Of a stretch of DNA of 64,000 nt, positions 10,274 through 20,012 are shown piece by piece. The stretch spans positions 1,892-65,891 of the forward strand of contig JAGYLD010000005.1 in the NCBI GenBank assembly GCA_018401355.1. The letters are read 5' to 3'. The number at the start of each line of letters is the position of its first letter. The first letter of the stretch is position 1. Source of the DNA: Bacteroidales bacterium. Its GTDB lineage: Bacteria; Bacteroidota; Bacteroidia; Bacteroidales; B18-G4. The notes beneath the pieces are model-generated. The model saw nothing but the letters and a program-made list of their open reading frames with translations. It did not search any database and had not been told where the DNA came from. Made by a program: the position numbers and the translations under genes.

Positions 10274-11374
10274 ATGAACCTGATACAATTAATTCTTTTA
10301 CCATTTTCGCTAATATATGGGTTAATTGCATCTTTAAGGAACAAATTCTTTGATTGGAATTTGTTACCTTCGGAAACATATGATATTCCGATAATTTCGG
10401 TAGGGAACCTATCATGTGGAGGCACTGGTAAAACCCCTCATGTAGAATATCTGATCAGGTTGCTTAGAAATGATTTTAAGCTTGCTACATTGAGCCGCGG
10501 ATATAAGAGAACCACATCAGGTTTTCTGCTCTGCAATAATGAATCCACCTATAAAGATATAGGTGATGAGCCTTTGCAGTATTGTAAGAAATTTAAGGAT
10601 ATCCAGGTATCTGTTGATGAGAACCGCAGGAATGGTATCCGGCTGTTAAAAAAGCATTTTCCTGAAATACAAATAATATTGCTTGATGATGCATTTCAGC
10701 ATCGCTATGTAAAACCTGGTTTACAACTCCTGACCACCGATTTTCATAACCTTTATATGGAAGATTATCCCTTGCCCAGTGGCACCTTGAGGGAATTCTG
10801 CTGTGGGGCTAAAAGGGCAGACATCATCATTGTTACAAAATGTCCAAGGGTTTTGTCTCCGATCACAAAAAGAAGAATTACAAACCTGATAAAGCCACGT
10901 TCATATCAGCAATTGTTTTTCTCTTTTATCCATTATGGTAATTTAGTATCATTGTCTGATCACAAACCAGTCAAAGAAAAATTAAAATTCAGCAGCATAT
11001 TAATGTTTGCAGGGATTGCCAATTCATACCCATTGTTGGAACATCTAAAAAATATGTGTAATGATCTTTCTGCATTGGAGTTTGCAGATCATCATTCATA
11101 CAACAGGAAAGATCTTGAGAGGATTAAAGAAGAATTTGATAAGATCTTTACAAAGAGTAAGGCCATTATAACCACAGAAAAGGATGCCATGAGGCTGGAC
11201 AGGATACCAGAATATTCAGGCATCTTACAATCTCTTCCCATATATTATGTTCCAATAGAAATTAAGTTTCATAATGGAGATAGTGTTATCTTTGACGATT
11301 CAATAAAAAAATATGTTGGAGAAAGTCAAAGAAGCCCGCAGTTATCTAAAAAATCGTTCCGAAGTAAAGCCTAA
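10274..11374 (+). CDS. lpxK: tetraacyldisaccharide 4'-kinase
   Basis: P-loop SVGNLSCGGTGKTPHVEYL plus LSRGYKR and DDAFQHR motifs. Confidence 0.9.
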   Translation: MNLIQLILLPFSLIYGLIASLRNKFFDWNLLPSETYDIPIISVGNLSCGGTGKTPHVEYLIRLLRNDFKLATLSRGYKRTTSGFLLCNNESTYKDIGDEPLQYCKKFKDIQVSVDENRRNGIRLLKKHFPEIQIILLDDAFQHRYVKPGLQLLTTDFHNLYMEDYPLPSGTLREFCCGAKRADIIIVTKCPRVLSPITKRRITNLIKPRSYQQLFFSFIHYGNLVSLSDHKPVKEKLKFSSILMFAGIANSYPLLEHLKNMCNDLSALEFADHHSYNRKDLERIKEEFDKIFTKSKAIITTEKDAMRLDRIPEYSGILQSLPIYYVPIEIKFHNGDSVIFDDSIKKYVGESQRSPQLSKKSFRSKA

Positions 11375-12134
11375 AGCCGGGGTAATCCTGGGGAGCGGAC
11401 TGGGAGATTTTATCAATACAATTTCAAATGCAATTGTGATTCCCTATTCAGACATTCCAAATTTTCCTGTATCATCAGTAGAAGGCCATGAAGGGAATCT
11501 CATATTCGGATATCTTAAGGATGTTCCGATAGTTGCCTTGCAGGGAAGGCTGCATATTTATGAAGGTCATGATGTCAAAGACACTGTTTTTCCTATTCGG
11601 GTTATGCATGCTTTGGGTATTGAACTGTTGGTGCTATCGAACGCCAGTGGTGGATTACATCCTGAATTTAAGGTTGGCGACATTATGCTAATAGAAGACC
11701 ATATCAACCTTTCCGGGGAAAATCCACTCATTGGGAAAAACGATCATAAAATTGGTGACCGTTTTCCAGATATGAGTGAACCTTACGATAAACGCCATAG
11801 AAATCATGCATTACGAATAGCAAGGGAAAAAGGGATCCCGCTTCAAAAAGGAGTCTATGCCAGTGTGAAAGGTCCCAACTATGAAACCCCTGCAGAATAT
11901 AATTATTTAAGGATCATTGGTGCAGATGCTGTTGGCATGTCAACAGTGCATGAAGTGATCACAGCAAGACACATGAAACTTTCATGTCTGGCATTTTCCG
12001 TAATATCTGACTTAGGAGTGAAAGGAAAAATAAAAGCCATCACTCATGATGAGGTATTAATGGAGGCTTCAAAAGCAGAACCTCAACTTGCCTCCATACT
12101 GCTTGATCTTATTCCGGCAATATTCCAGGAATAG
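11313..12134 (+). CDS. purine nucleoside phosphorylase (PNP family I, inosine/guanosine type)
   Basis: GVILGSGLGDF, ...EGHEGNL..., GRLHIYEG, SNASGG and MSTVHEV motifs. Overlaps the lpxK 3' end by 62 nt in another frame. Confidence 0.88.
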   Translation: MLEKVKEARSYLKNRSEVKPKAGVILGSGLGDFINTISNAIVIPYSDIPNFPVSSVEGHEGNLIFGYLKDVPIVALQGRLHIYEGHDVKDTVFPIRVMHALGIELLVLSNASGGLHPEFKVGDIMLIEDHINLSGENPLIGKNDHKIGDRFPDMSEPYDKRHRNHALRIAREKGIPLQKGVYASVKGPNYETPAEYNYLRIIGADAVGMSTVHEVITARHMKLSCLAFSVISDLGVKGKIKAITHDEVLMEASKAEPQLASILLDLIPAIFQE

Positions 12135-12136
12135 GA

Positions 12137-13207
12137 TCAAACAACTTTTTTATCTATATAATTTGAATTCATCAAATTAAGAATACCCAGGTAATCACTT
12201 TTAAATGAAAGCAGATCTCCGACCTTATATTTTCTCCGGTTTCTTCCAAGGTCAACAACGATCATATCACTGCTTGCACCGGAAAACTCTAAGGTTTTGT
12301 CCGTAGGAAAGAGTTGTTCAGTGCTGATATCCAGTAAACCCAGATCCAGTATCGCTCTGCAAGATGTCTTTCCATAATCTGCTTCATTAATTTCAAGTGA
12401 TTCTCCTGCAACATTTTGTCCAAGCTCCCCAATGGGCACTTTGGGTTTCTCTGAAAGTTCTATGATTTCAGCATACAACTTAAAAACATCTGATTTCATC
12501 CCTTTTATAGGCTTATGATTTACGATGTCATTCCCCAGGAAAAAAGTTTCGCCAACACGGAAATGATTGATCCCTTTTGGCACCATTTTTTTCCTGAGTA
12601 ATGGGATGGTTATACTGGAGCCACCTGACACCCAGTTTATCTTTTTATTAAATTTCGCTTCGATCAGCTGTTCATAGAGGCTTAACTGAATCAGTTTATC
12701 ATGTGAAGGCATGACGCCGCTTAAGCAATTGAGATTTGTTCCAATACCTGAAATCTCAATATTGGGTAACCGAAATATTTCCTCATAAAAATCCATAAGA
12801 TCATCCCCCATAACACCTTCCCTCAGATCTCCCATCTCTATCATGATAATAACCTTGTGCATTTTATCCTGTTTCACTGCTTCTTCAGAGATCAGACGTA
12901 TGGTTTCGTACTCTGTATTGAAACTGGCATCTGCATACCGCACCAGACTCTTTATCACCCTTCTTGCAGGAGGCTTAATATATACAGTTTCAACATCAGG
13001 TTTTATGCTTTTGATGGTCTTCAAATTGGATATCCTGGAATCTAAAACTTCTTTAGCCCCCAGTGCAAGTAATTCCTTAAGAAAAATCTTATTGCCGCAT
13101 AAAAGCTTTGTCACGATCCCCCATTGAATATCATTTTTCTTGAATAGATCATTAAGAAAATGATAATTATGTGTGAGTTTCTCGCTGTTTAATTCAAGAT
13201 ATGCCAT
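12137..13207 (-). CDS. alanine/ornithine-racemase-family PLP enzyme (fold-type III, predicted amino-acid racemase)
   Basis: 356 aa. N-terminal barrel with candidate PLP-Lys in GIVTKLLCGN. Alanine-racemase-like N and C domains. Last gene of a tightly coupled operon. Confidence 0.65.
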   Translation of the reverse strand: MAYLELNSEKLTHNYHFLNDLFKKNDIQWGIVTKLLCGNKIFLKELLALGAKEVLDSRISNLKTIKSIKPDVETVYIKPPARRVIKSLVRYADASFNTEYETIRLISEEAVKQDKMHKVIIMIEMGDLREGVMGDDLMDFYEEIFRLPNIEISGIGTNLNCLSGVMPSHDKLIQLSLYEQLIEAKFNKKINWVSGGSSITIPLLRKKMVPKGINHFRVGETFFLGNDIVNHKPIKGMKSDVFKLYAEIIELSEKPKVPIGELGQNVAGESLEINEADYGKTSCRAILDLGLLDISTEQLFPTDKTLEFSGASSDMIVVDLGRNRRKYKVGDLLSFKSDYLGILNLMNSNYIDKKVV

Positions 13208-13212
13208 GGCAT

Positions 13213-14364
13213 TTATATTATGACGTTCCTCGATATGTTCGAAGGAAGCCTGGTTAATAACTCGTAATTCATCATGCTGTTAAATTCACCAAAAGAGGCA
13301 ACCGATATGTTAAGTTCCCCTTGTTTTCCAATAAGAACAACTTCATCACCAAGTTCTATATCTTCTATATGTGATACATCGCATACCAGCATATTCATAT
13401 TCACCATTCCAATTACATCCGCTCGCTGCTCATTGATAAGAACACGTCCCTGGTTGCTTAAGGAACGGGTATATCCGTGATAATATCCTACAGGGACAAC
13501 AGCAATTCTTTTATCCTCCTGTGCCTGATATGCCGTTCCATAACTGATAAATTCCCCCTCTTTTACTGTTTTTATGCTCATCACAGCACTCTGCCAGCGC
13601 AATACACCTTTCAGCGGATCAGCTTTAGACTCTTTCCCATGAATGTAATGAATAAATGTCTCTTTACTTGGCCAAAATCCATATTGCAATATCCCAATCC
13701 TGACCATGTCCATTCTGGTTTTGGGATAACTGATAGATGCGGCAGAGCATGCTGTATGTCTTATTTCAATATCGATTCCTTTGCTTCGCAACCATTTATC
13801 TGTTTGGTTAAAATTTCTCAATTGCCTTTTAATTCTAACATGGTTGGCTATGCTTTCTGCCCCGGCATAATGGGTGCAAAGTCCTTTTATATGCAAATAA
13901 TCCCGGTTTTCATTCAGCAATGAAACAAGTTGCAACATATCAGCCTTTTTTATGCCGGTTCTGTTCATACCTGTTTCAATTTCCAGGTGTATAATGGCTT
14001 TTTTACCCACCCGTTTTGCAAAGGCTGCAGCTTTTTTAAGCCTTTCGAGATCAAACACATAAAACTGTATCTCCTTTTTAATAATTTGATCAAAATCCTC
14101 ATCGGATAAATAACCCATGATCATAACCTCACATTCTCCTGCTGCAATTTCCATTATCCTGAATGCTTCATCAGAACTAAATACAGAGAAATGATCAATT
14201 CCATATCGTATGGCTAAGGGCACAAACTCTTCAATACCATGACCATAGGCATTTGATTTTACAACAGATGAAATTCTAACATCCTCTCCAATCAGCGATC
14301 TGATAAAATCAAGGTTATTTCTCAGTGCTGAATCACTCAATAATATTTCAGAAGTGGTCATCAT
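13213..14364 (-). CDS. alr: alanine racemase
   Basis: Canonical VVKSNAYGHG PLP-lysine motif. 383 aa. C-terminal beta domain ...YELLTRL. Confidence 0.88.
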   Translation of the reverse strand: MMTTSEILLSDSALRNNLDFIRSLIGEDVRISSVVKSNAYGHGIEEFVPLAIRYGIDHFSVFSSDEAFRIMEIAAGECEVMIMGYLSDEDFDQIIKKEIQFYVFDLERLKKAAAFAKRVGKKAIIHLEIETGMNRTGIKKADMLQLVSLLNENRDYLHIKGLCTHYAGAESIANHVRIKRQLRNFNQTDKWLRSKGIDIEIRHTACSAASISYPKTRMDMVRIGILQYGFWPSKETFIHYIHGKESKADPLKGVLRWQSAVMSIKTVKEGEFISYGTAYQAQEDKRIAVVPVGYYHGYTRSLSNQGRVLINEQRADVIGMVNMNMLVCDVSHIEDIELGDEVVLIGKQGELNISVASFGEFNSMMNYELLTRLPSNISRNVII

Positions 14365-15497
14365 TTATGTTGGTCAATAATATTTAAATAAATTTCATAA
14401 AAAAGATCGGCACCTGTTCCAATTAACTCATCAGGAAAGTCAAAGTCGGGGTTGTGCAAATCCGGTTGATCGTTTCCGCTTCCCAGGCCGATCAAAGCTC
14501 CTGGCAGAAGATTTGTAAAATGTCCGAAATCTTCTGACCAGCGCATCGGTTCGGTCAGCTCCAATATCTCAAGATCTAATTTTTCAGCAGACTGTTCAAC
14601 AATCTTAACCATCCTGGGATGGTTCTTCGTAGCTGGGAAAACCTCTGTATAAGAAATATCGAACTGAAGGTTATATTGTTTGGCTATTTGTTCTACAAAT
14701 TGCTCTGCCCGGGAAGTAAGCATTCTCATATCATCATCACGGTATGATCGCAATGTAGCCCTTACAACAGCTTCTCCTGGTGAAGTACCGAAGGCTATTT
14801 CGCCAACCAGGACATGGATGATCGTGATCAGCACAAAATCCTTAAATAGCTGACCTTGCATCGACATGGTTTGCAGCTCCCTAATAATCTCAGAAACTGC
14901 CATGGAAGGATTAATTCCCTTATCAGGTTCCCCTGCATGTGATGTTTTACCGTGCAACCTGATAACCATTCCCTGGGAAGCTGAAGCGAATCCTTCCGGT
15001 GACAAAATAACGGAATGCAAAGGAAACCCCGGCAGATTGTGAATGGCAAAAGCATAATCGGGTGCCTGGTTGTTGAATTGCGGATCATTAACCACCTTTT
15101 CTGCTCCCTGTCCTGTTTCTTCCTCAGGTTGGAATAAGAGGATTGTTTTACCTTTCCTTTTTTTATTATTATAAAGTTTTTGAGCCAACCCCAGCAAAAT
15201 GGTCATATGTCCATCATGGCCACAAAGATGAGCCACGCCCTTCCTGCCAGAAACATGAGGGATATTATTCTTTTCCTGAATCGGCAATGCATCCAGCTCA
15301 CACCTGAACATGATATTGGGACCGGGTTCCTTCCCCTCATAAACAAGCATTAATCCTTCTCCACCTACCTTCTGGATGATGCGCCCCGGAGGAAAATCCT
15401 TCACGGCAGAAAGTATTCTCTCAGCTGTAGGCCCTTCTTTTCCTGATAAATCAGGATTAGAATGAATGTACCTTCGAAACTTTGTCAGCCTATCCAT
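14361..15497 (-). CDS. M20D-family amidohydrolase (N-acyl-amino-acid / hippurate hydrolase-like)
   Basis: FRRYIHSNPDLSGKE, FRCELDALP, CGHDGH and LLFQPEEE motifs. 4-nt ATGA overlap with the alr start. Confidence 0.8.
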   Translation of the reverse strand: MDRLTKFRRYIHSNPDLSGKEGPTAERILSAVKDFPPGRIIQKVGGEGLMLVYEGKEPGPNIMFRCELDALPIQEKNNIPHVSGRKGVAHLCGHDGHMTILLGLAQKLYNNKKRKGKTILLFQPEEETGQGAEKVVNDPQFNNQAPDYAFAIHNLPGFPLHSVILSPEGFASASQGMVIRLHGKTSHAGEPDKGINPSMAVSEIIRELQTMSMQGQLFKDFVLITIIHVLVGEIAFGTSPGEAVVRATLRSYRDDDMRMLTSRAEQFVEQIAKQYNLQFDISYTEVFPATKNHPRMVKIVEQSAEKLDLEILELTEPMRWSEDFGHFTNLLPGALIGLGSGNDQPDLHNPDFDFPDELIGTGADLFYEIYLNIIDQHK

Positions 15498-15959
15498 TTA
15501 TTCCGCTTTTACTTTTTCTTTATAATACCGCATTTCCAGATAAGGATTCTCAAAACCGACCTTTTCATATAGAAAGCGCGCCGGATTGTCTTTTTCAACA
15601 TGAAGCGCTATGTCACCCTTCGTAAGTTCAATGATTTTCTTCATGAGTTTCTTACCAATTCCCTTACCCCTGTATTCCTTGTGAACCGCAATATATACCA
15701 GGATATTCTCAGGAATATATCCCTGCATTCCTGTATTATTGATTACAACAGCTCCAACAATATTTCCTTTCTCTTCATAATATATGATGAAGCCACCTGC
15801 ACTTGGGTAGGGACTTAATGCATAATCCAGAGCCTTTTTTATATGTTCCTTTTTATCACCATATTCATCAAGGTGATCATATAAAAAATCAACTACTTTA
15901 AGTTTCGACAACATAGATACATCATCAGCAGTTGTCATCATTTCCAATTTCATAATCAA
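15498..15959 (-). CDS. GNAT-family N-acetyltransferase
   Basis: Acetyl-CoA motif ...VHKEYRGKGIGKKLMKKII... Its stop directly abuts the M20D start (0-nt gap). Confidence 0.8.
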   Translation of the reverse strand: MIMKLEMMTTADDVSMLSKLKVVDFLYDHLDEYGDKKEHIKKALDYALSPYPSAGGFIIYYEEKGNIVGAVVINNTGMQGYIPENILVYIAVHKEYRGKGIGKKLMKKIIELTKGDIALHVEKDNPARFLYEKVGFENPYLEMRYYKEKVKAE

Positions 15960-17394
15960 TTGTTTTTATTTTGTTCAACATAAATTTATTTACAAGAAAA
16001 AACACGATGGCTGACACCGTAATCCCAAAAATGTTTGGATCCAGGCCCAGAGGAAGTGGCCAGTCACCAATTATCAGTGTCAGCGTTGTACCCCCGCCAA
16101 AGATCATTGAGAAAAAGGCTGCATTTGAGTTTCTCAACTTCAGAAAAATTGCTGCAATGATTGGAATAAACAATCCTGAAACCATCACAGCATATGAATA
16201 GAGCATCAAATCCAAAACAACCCGCATTTTAATAGCAATAGCCAGAGCAAGTATGCCAACAACCAGTGTCAATATTTTTGAATATACCAGTGTATTTTTA
16301 TGGCCATGATCAAACTTTCGGATCTTACCGAATATATCTGACAATATGTTTCCTGAAGCAGCCATAAGACATGAATCGGCTGTAGAAAGTATGGCCGAAA
16401 AATATGCTGCCAGGATCAGCCCCATAGCCCCAAATGGCAATATATTTCTTAAAAGAAGGGGCGTCCCATTTCGGGGTCCAGGGGGTCCCTGACATATCCT
16501 CAAATCCTGTTTCCGTCAGTAATCTGATCAAGCGCTACCCCTGGAAAACAATCCCGGGATAACACCCATAAAAGCCATCACCGGCCACTCAAATAAACCG
16601 CTATAAACCATGCCTTTTGCCTCTTGTTAACTGATCGGGTAGCATAAATCCTTTTGATACAAAAGTCATCCCGACAAACCAAATCGGAATGATGGTTATG
16701 AGCCCAGTTTACAATATCCTGCCATCTGACATTATTAAGTTTCAGAAACTCCCCGGGCAAGTTTTCTGTTATACCACTCCATCCGCCTAAAGCATTATAG
16801 GACATTGGAATCCCTACAAAAACCAAACCTGCAATTAATCACCCACTGAATACTGTCAGTATAGATTACCGCTTTAAGCCCGCCCATAACGGTATAGACA
16901 ACAGCAACCAGGCCCATGATGATAATGGCAGAATTCAGATTTAGTTCCTGGAAGGTTGCGGAGGCAGGTTTAGCTCCGGCCAACAATTGAGAGCTCGTAA
17001 AATATTAACCAATGGCTGAAATGATTCCAGCAGCAAAAGCAACCCTGTGATCATAAAAATGCTCAAAATAACTGTGGGAAAGTGAAAAAGCGATTGGTGC
17101 TTTCAGGAATTCCTTTGACCCTGGGAATGAAAAAACAGCACTTAACCATGCCCCAACCAATCGGTAAAAAAGCATCCAGGATCAGAAACCAAGTCTATCA
17201 GAAATCCCAAACCACCCAAGCCAATGGAAAACCACCGCCAACATCTGTAGCCACAACAGATAGTCCGATGCCAACTTCCCATATTCCTTCCGCCCTAATA
17301 GTCTTGCGACACTTTTATTTTATAGTGAAAATAAAACCCAACACCCAGCATCAGCAGATATAGGCAATAAAAATAATCAAGTCAATAAATGCAT
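15925..17394 (-). pseudogene. sodium:solute symporter (SSS) family gene, disrupted by multiple frameshifts and stops
   Basis: SSS-like fragments appear in at least four different frames in correct N-to-C order. Hand-translated 17394-17000: ...LMLGVGFYFHYK..., ...SWMLF..LVGAWLSAVF... ORF 16795-16986: ...[24 protein letters not shown] 16578-16826: [21 protein letters not shown] 15925-16503: GTPLLLRNILPFGAMGLILAAYFSAILSTADSCLMAASGNI. Total span of about 1.47 kb equals a normal SSS gene. Confidence 0.8.
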
Positions 17395-17719
17395 ATAGCT
17401 TTAATTATTACCAGGCATTCAAAGATCATTAAAACAAATGAATAACGTATTCAGCCAATCAAGATCGTTTCCAATTAAAACAAAAACTTTGTGGTAACAA
17501 TTTTTAAATTATTCAATGTTTTGCATTTTTGAAGTTTTGAATAAATCCACCCACTCTTTGATTATAAACAAATAGTTTCTACAGAAACAAATATACAATA
17601 ATTTTCTGAAGTAATAGCACTTTCAAACATCTAATTACCTGACATTTAATAAACAACAAAGTGAAAATAAGTTCACACAACAGAAATTACCGATCAGGGC
17701 TGTAGGGGATCCTCTGTGG

Positions 17720-18154
17720 TCATAAATTGGAGATGCAGGATTGGATAATCAATCTCAGACACTCTATCAATAGCTTGAGGGAATCTGATCTGCCTGACTT
17801 TATGGGTCTCTGAGTTTGGCTAAGACGTCATGCAATAACTGGTGACTGATCAACAACTTGTGGGCAACGTGTAAGTGCAATATAATTCACCCGTTTATCC
17901 CCCATTTTAGGCAAACGCGCTACATACCCCACTTTTTCTCAAGACGAGACACATTTACAGTAACAGTACTCGAATTCAATTTTAAAAATTCCATAATGCC
18001 TTTTTTGGGTAGACATGAAATTGTCATTTTCCGCCAATAAATCAGGCATAGAAGTTGAGGAATACTAATACCATATTTTCTGTACCCTTTTCGATTCAAT
18101 GTTGAGAAGTCTCACAATTTTCCTAATAAAAATTAAAATTTCTGTATCGTTCAT
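17720..18154 (-). pseudogene. MarR-family transcriptional regulator gene, frameshifted
   Basis: Hand translation of the minus strand gives MNDTEILIFIRKIVRLLNIESKRVQK, then a frame change, YGISIPQLLCLIY...MEFLKLNSSTVTVNVSRLEKK, another frame change, GYVARLPKMGDKRVNYIALT, and further shifted C-terminal pieces. The 435-nt total equals a normal MarR length. Confidence 0.6.
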
Positions 18155-18166
18155 TTTACAATGATT

Positions 18167-18655
18167 TCATTTTGTTTTCAGAAAATCCATGACAACAAAG
18201 ATCCAGGGGTTCCCCATTTTCATTCTTTTAGCATATTTTTTAAAGGGGTCAGTGCAAAACTCAATCCCAGCAGTCCCCCGCCTATCAATAAGAGTACTTT
18301 CCTGTATGATAGGATATTCCTTGTTTATGGTTCTGTTAATACCATCCAATAATATGCCCCTCCGCATAACGAAAAATCTCTCGAAAAAACACCCATCAAA
18401 TGACGTTCACGAAAAACCCATTTTATTTTTCAGCTCAATCTCTTTGCTGTTAAAGACAATCGCTGAATCTGATATAAGTGGTGAACGCCAGAATTTTATC
18501 GCTTTGCTTCGATGTCTTAAAAACAAAAGGGATCACCTTCATGATAGCAGCTTTTCCCAAGGGTTTACTGGGTTTCTTAACCAACAGAGCGCTTTTGCGA
18601 TTGGCTTGCAAATGAAGATAAATAAAAGTATCAAGAATATTAACCAGATTTTCAT
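18167..18655 (-). pseudogene. small secreted protein gene of unknown family, frameshifted
   Basis: Minus strand: ATG at 18655 gives signal peptide MKIWLIFLILLFIFICKP, then a stop. The continuation is in other frames (...ALLVKKPSKPLGKAAIMKVIPFVFKTSKQSDKILAFTTYIRFSD and ...GILLDGINRTINKEYPIIQESTLIDRRGTAGIEFCTDPFKKYAKRMKMGNPWIFVVMDF). It ends 12 nt before the MarR remnant start. Confidence 0.4.
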
Positions 18656-18795
18656 CAAAAAATCGTTCTATATTAAGGATGATTATGAAATTACAATTTT
18701 TTTATCAATTTAGTTTCTTTGCAAAGAAAAATTATCACGTTAAACAAAATTTGCAGGATAAATTGGAGTTTATCCTACACAAATCCGTCATTATA

Positions 18796-19974
18796 ATGAA
18801 GAAGGTTAATAAATCATTGATATTTATTGCATTTACCCTGATTATTTTCCCGGGTTGTAATAATAACCCTGATCAGACCACCATCGAAGGCACCATTTCA
18901 AATCTTGAAAAATCCCGGATAGTAATATCGGAAATGGAACCTCAGCAAACAATTGAAATTGATTCAGTAAAATCTGATAAATATGGACATTTCAAGTTCA
19001 CCTTGCTACCTGACGAAAAAAGTTTTTATAATCTGACTTTCCCCGACCGTTCGATGCTTACGATTATTTCCGGACGGGGAGACAAAATTAAAATATCAGC
19101 AAATGCCAATGATATTGAAGGCACTTATACAGTTACCGGTTCAGAAGGATCAAAACAATTAAGAGAATATTTTAAGCATACAATAAAAAATGAGAGAAAA
19201 GTTGATTCGCTGAATTACATCTTTGAGAAAAACAAAAATTCTCCGGATTTTCATATAATCAGAGGGCTTCTTGAACAATCATTTACTAAAATATTTATCG
19301 ATCAGCAAGAGTTTACGAGAGAATTTGTAAAGCAAAACCCTGGTTCTCTGGCATCACTGGTAGCTTTGAATTACCGGTTTGTGAACAACAGGGTGCTGGA
19401 TATCGAAGCAGATATTGAATTATTTGAACTTGTTGACATGTCTCTGGCCAGGAAATACCAGGATAATAAGCATTTTCAGCACCATCACAAGACCCTAATG
19501 GAAATGCATGAATTTATTGCACAAAGAGAGCTCGCAGAAAGACATACTTCCATCGGAAGGACCATTCCCAGCTTTGAGATGAAAGACATCAACGGTAATT
19601 CCATCAGGATTGAAGAATTCCGTGGCAAACCCTTGCTGATATATTTCTGGGCCGCATGGGACGCAAAAAGCAGGCAAACCAACAGACGATTGAATGCTTT
19701 GCTGGATTCCTTTTATCCACTTGAAGTTCCTGTGCTTGCAATATCTTTTGACAATAACCCGGAGATCTGGAAAGCAGCCATTAAAATTGACAGCCTGGAA
19801 TGGAACCATGCAAGTGATCTTTTGGGAATGAATTCACCAGTGATTACCTTTCTAAACATACCTGATAAATTACCCTATTTTTATTTGTTGAATGCTGAGG
19901 GTGAAATTATTTTCAAAGGAAAAGACCTTGACATCGTATCTGAAAAAATTTCATTATTACGAACACTTAACTAA
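18796..19974 (+). CDS. TlpA/AhpC-TSA-like thioredoxin-fold lipoprotein with N-terminal DUF4369-like domain; CxxC motif absent
   Basis: Lipoprotein signal MKKVNKSLIFIAFTLIIFPGC at the internal ATG 18796. C-terminal TlpA-like domain ...FRGKPLLIYFWAAWDAKSRQTN..., where relatives have FWASWCGPC. Confidence 0.7.
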   Translation: MKKVNKSLIFIAFTLIIFPGCNNNPDQTTIEGTISNLEKSRIVISEMEPQQTIEIDSVKSDKYGHFKFTLLPDEKSFYNLTFPDRSMLTIISGRGDKIKISANANDIEGTYTVTGSEGSKQLREYFKHTIKNERKVDSLNYIFEKNKNSPDFHIIRGLLEQSFTKIFIDQQEFTREFVKQNPGSLASLVALNYRFVNNRVLDIEADIELFELVDMSLARKYQDNKHFQHHHKTLMEMHEFIAQRELAERHTSIGRTIPSFEMKDINGNSIRIEEFRGKPLLIYFWAAWDAKSRQTNRRLNALLDSFYPLEVPVLAISFDNNPEIWKAAIKIDSLEWNHASDLLGMNSPVITFLNIPDKLPYFYLLNAEGEIIFKGKDLDIVSEKISLLRTLN

Positions 19975-20012
19975 TTGGTAAAATTTTATTATAATAGCAT
20001 AAAATTAATACC

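Noticed and set aside
10126-10425. 99-aa minus-strand ORF spanning the nif3/lpxK divergent spacer
   Set aside because: It overlaps the lpxK 5' end, including the P-loop region, and is AT-rich spacer translation with no motifs.
17082-17363. 93-aa plus-strand ORF
   Set aside because: It lies antisense to the N-terminal part of the decayed SSS symporter gene, and its P/T/Q-rich product has no features.
18189-18713. 174-aa plus-strand ORF in the long gene-poor interval
   Set aside because: The composition is not protein-like. The opposite strand carries recognisable, though frameshifted, signal-peptide and MarR-like coding remnants, which explain the region better.
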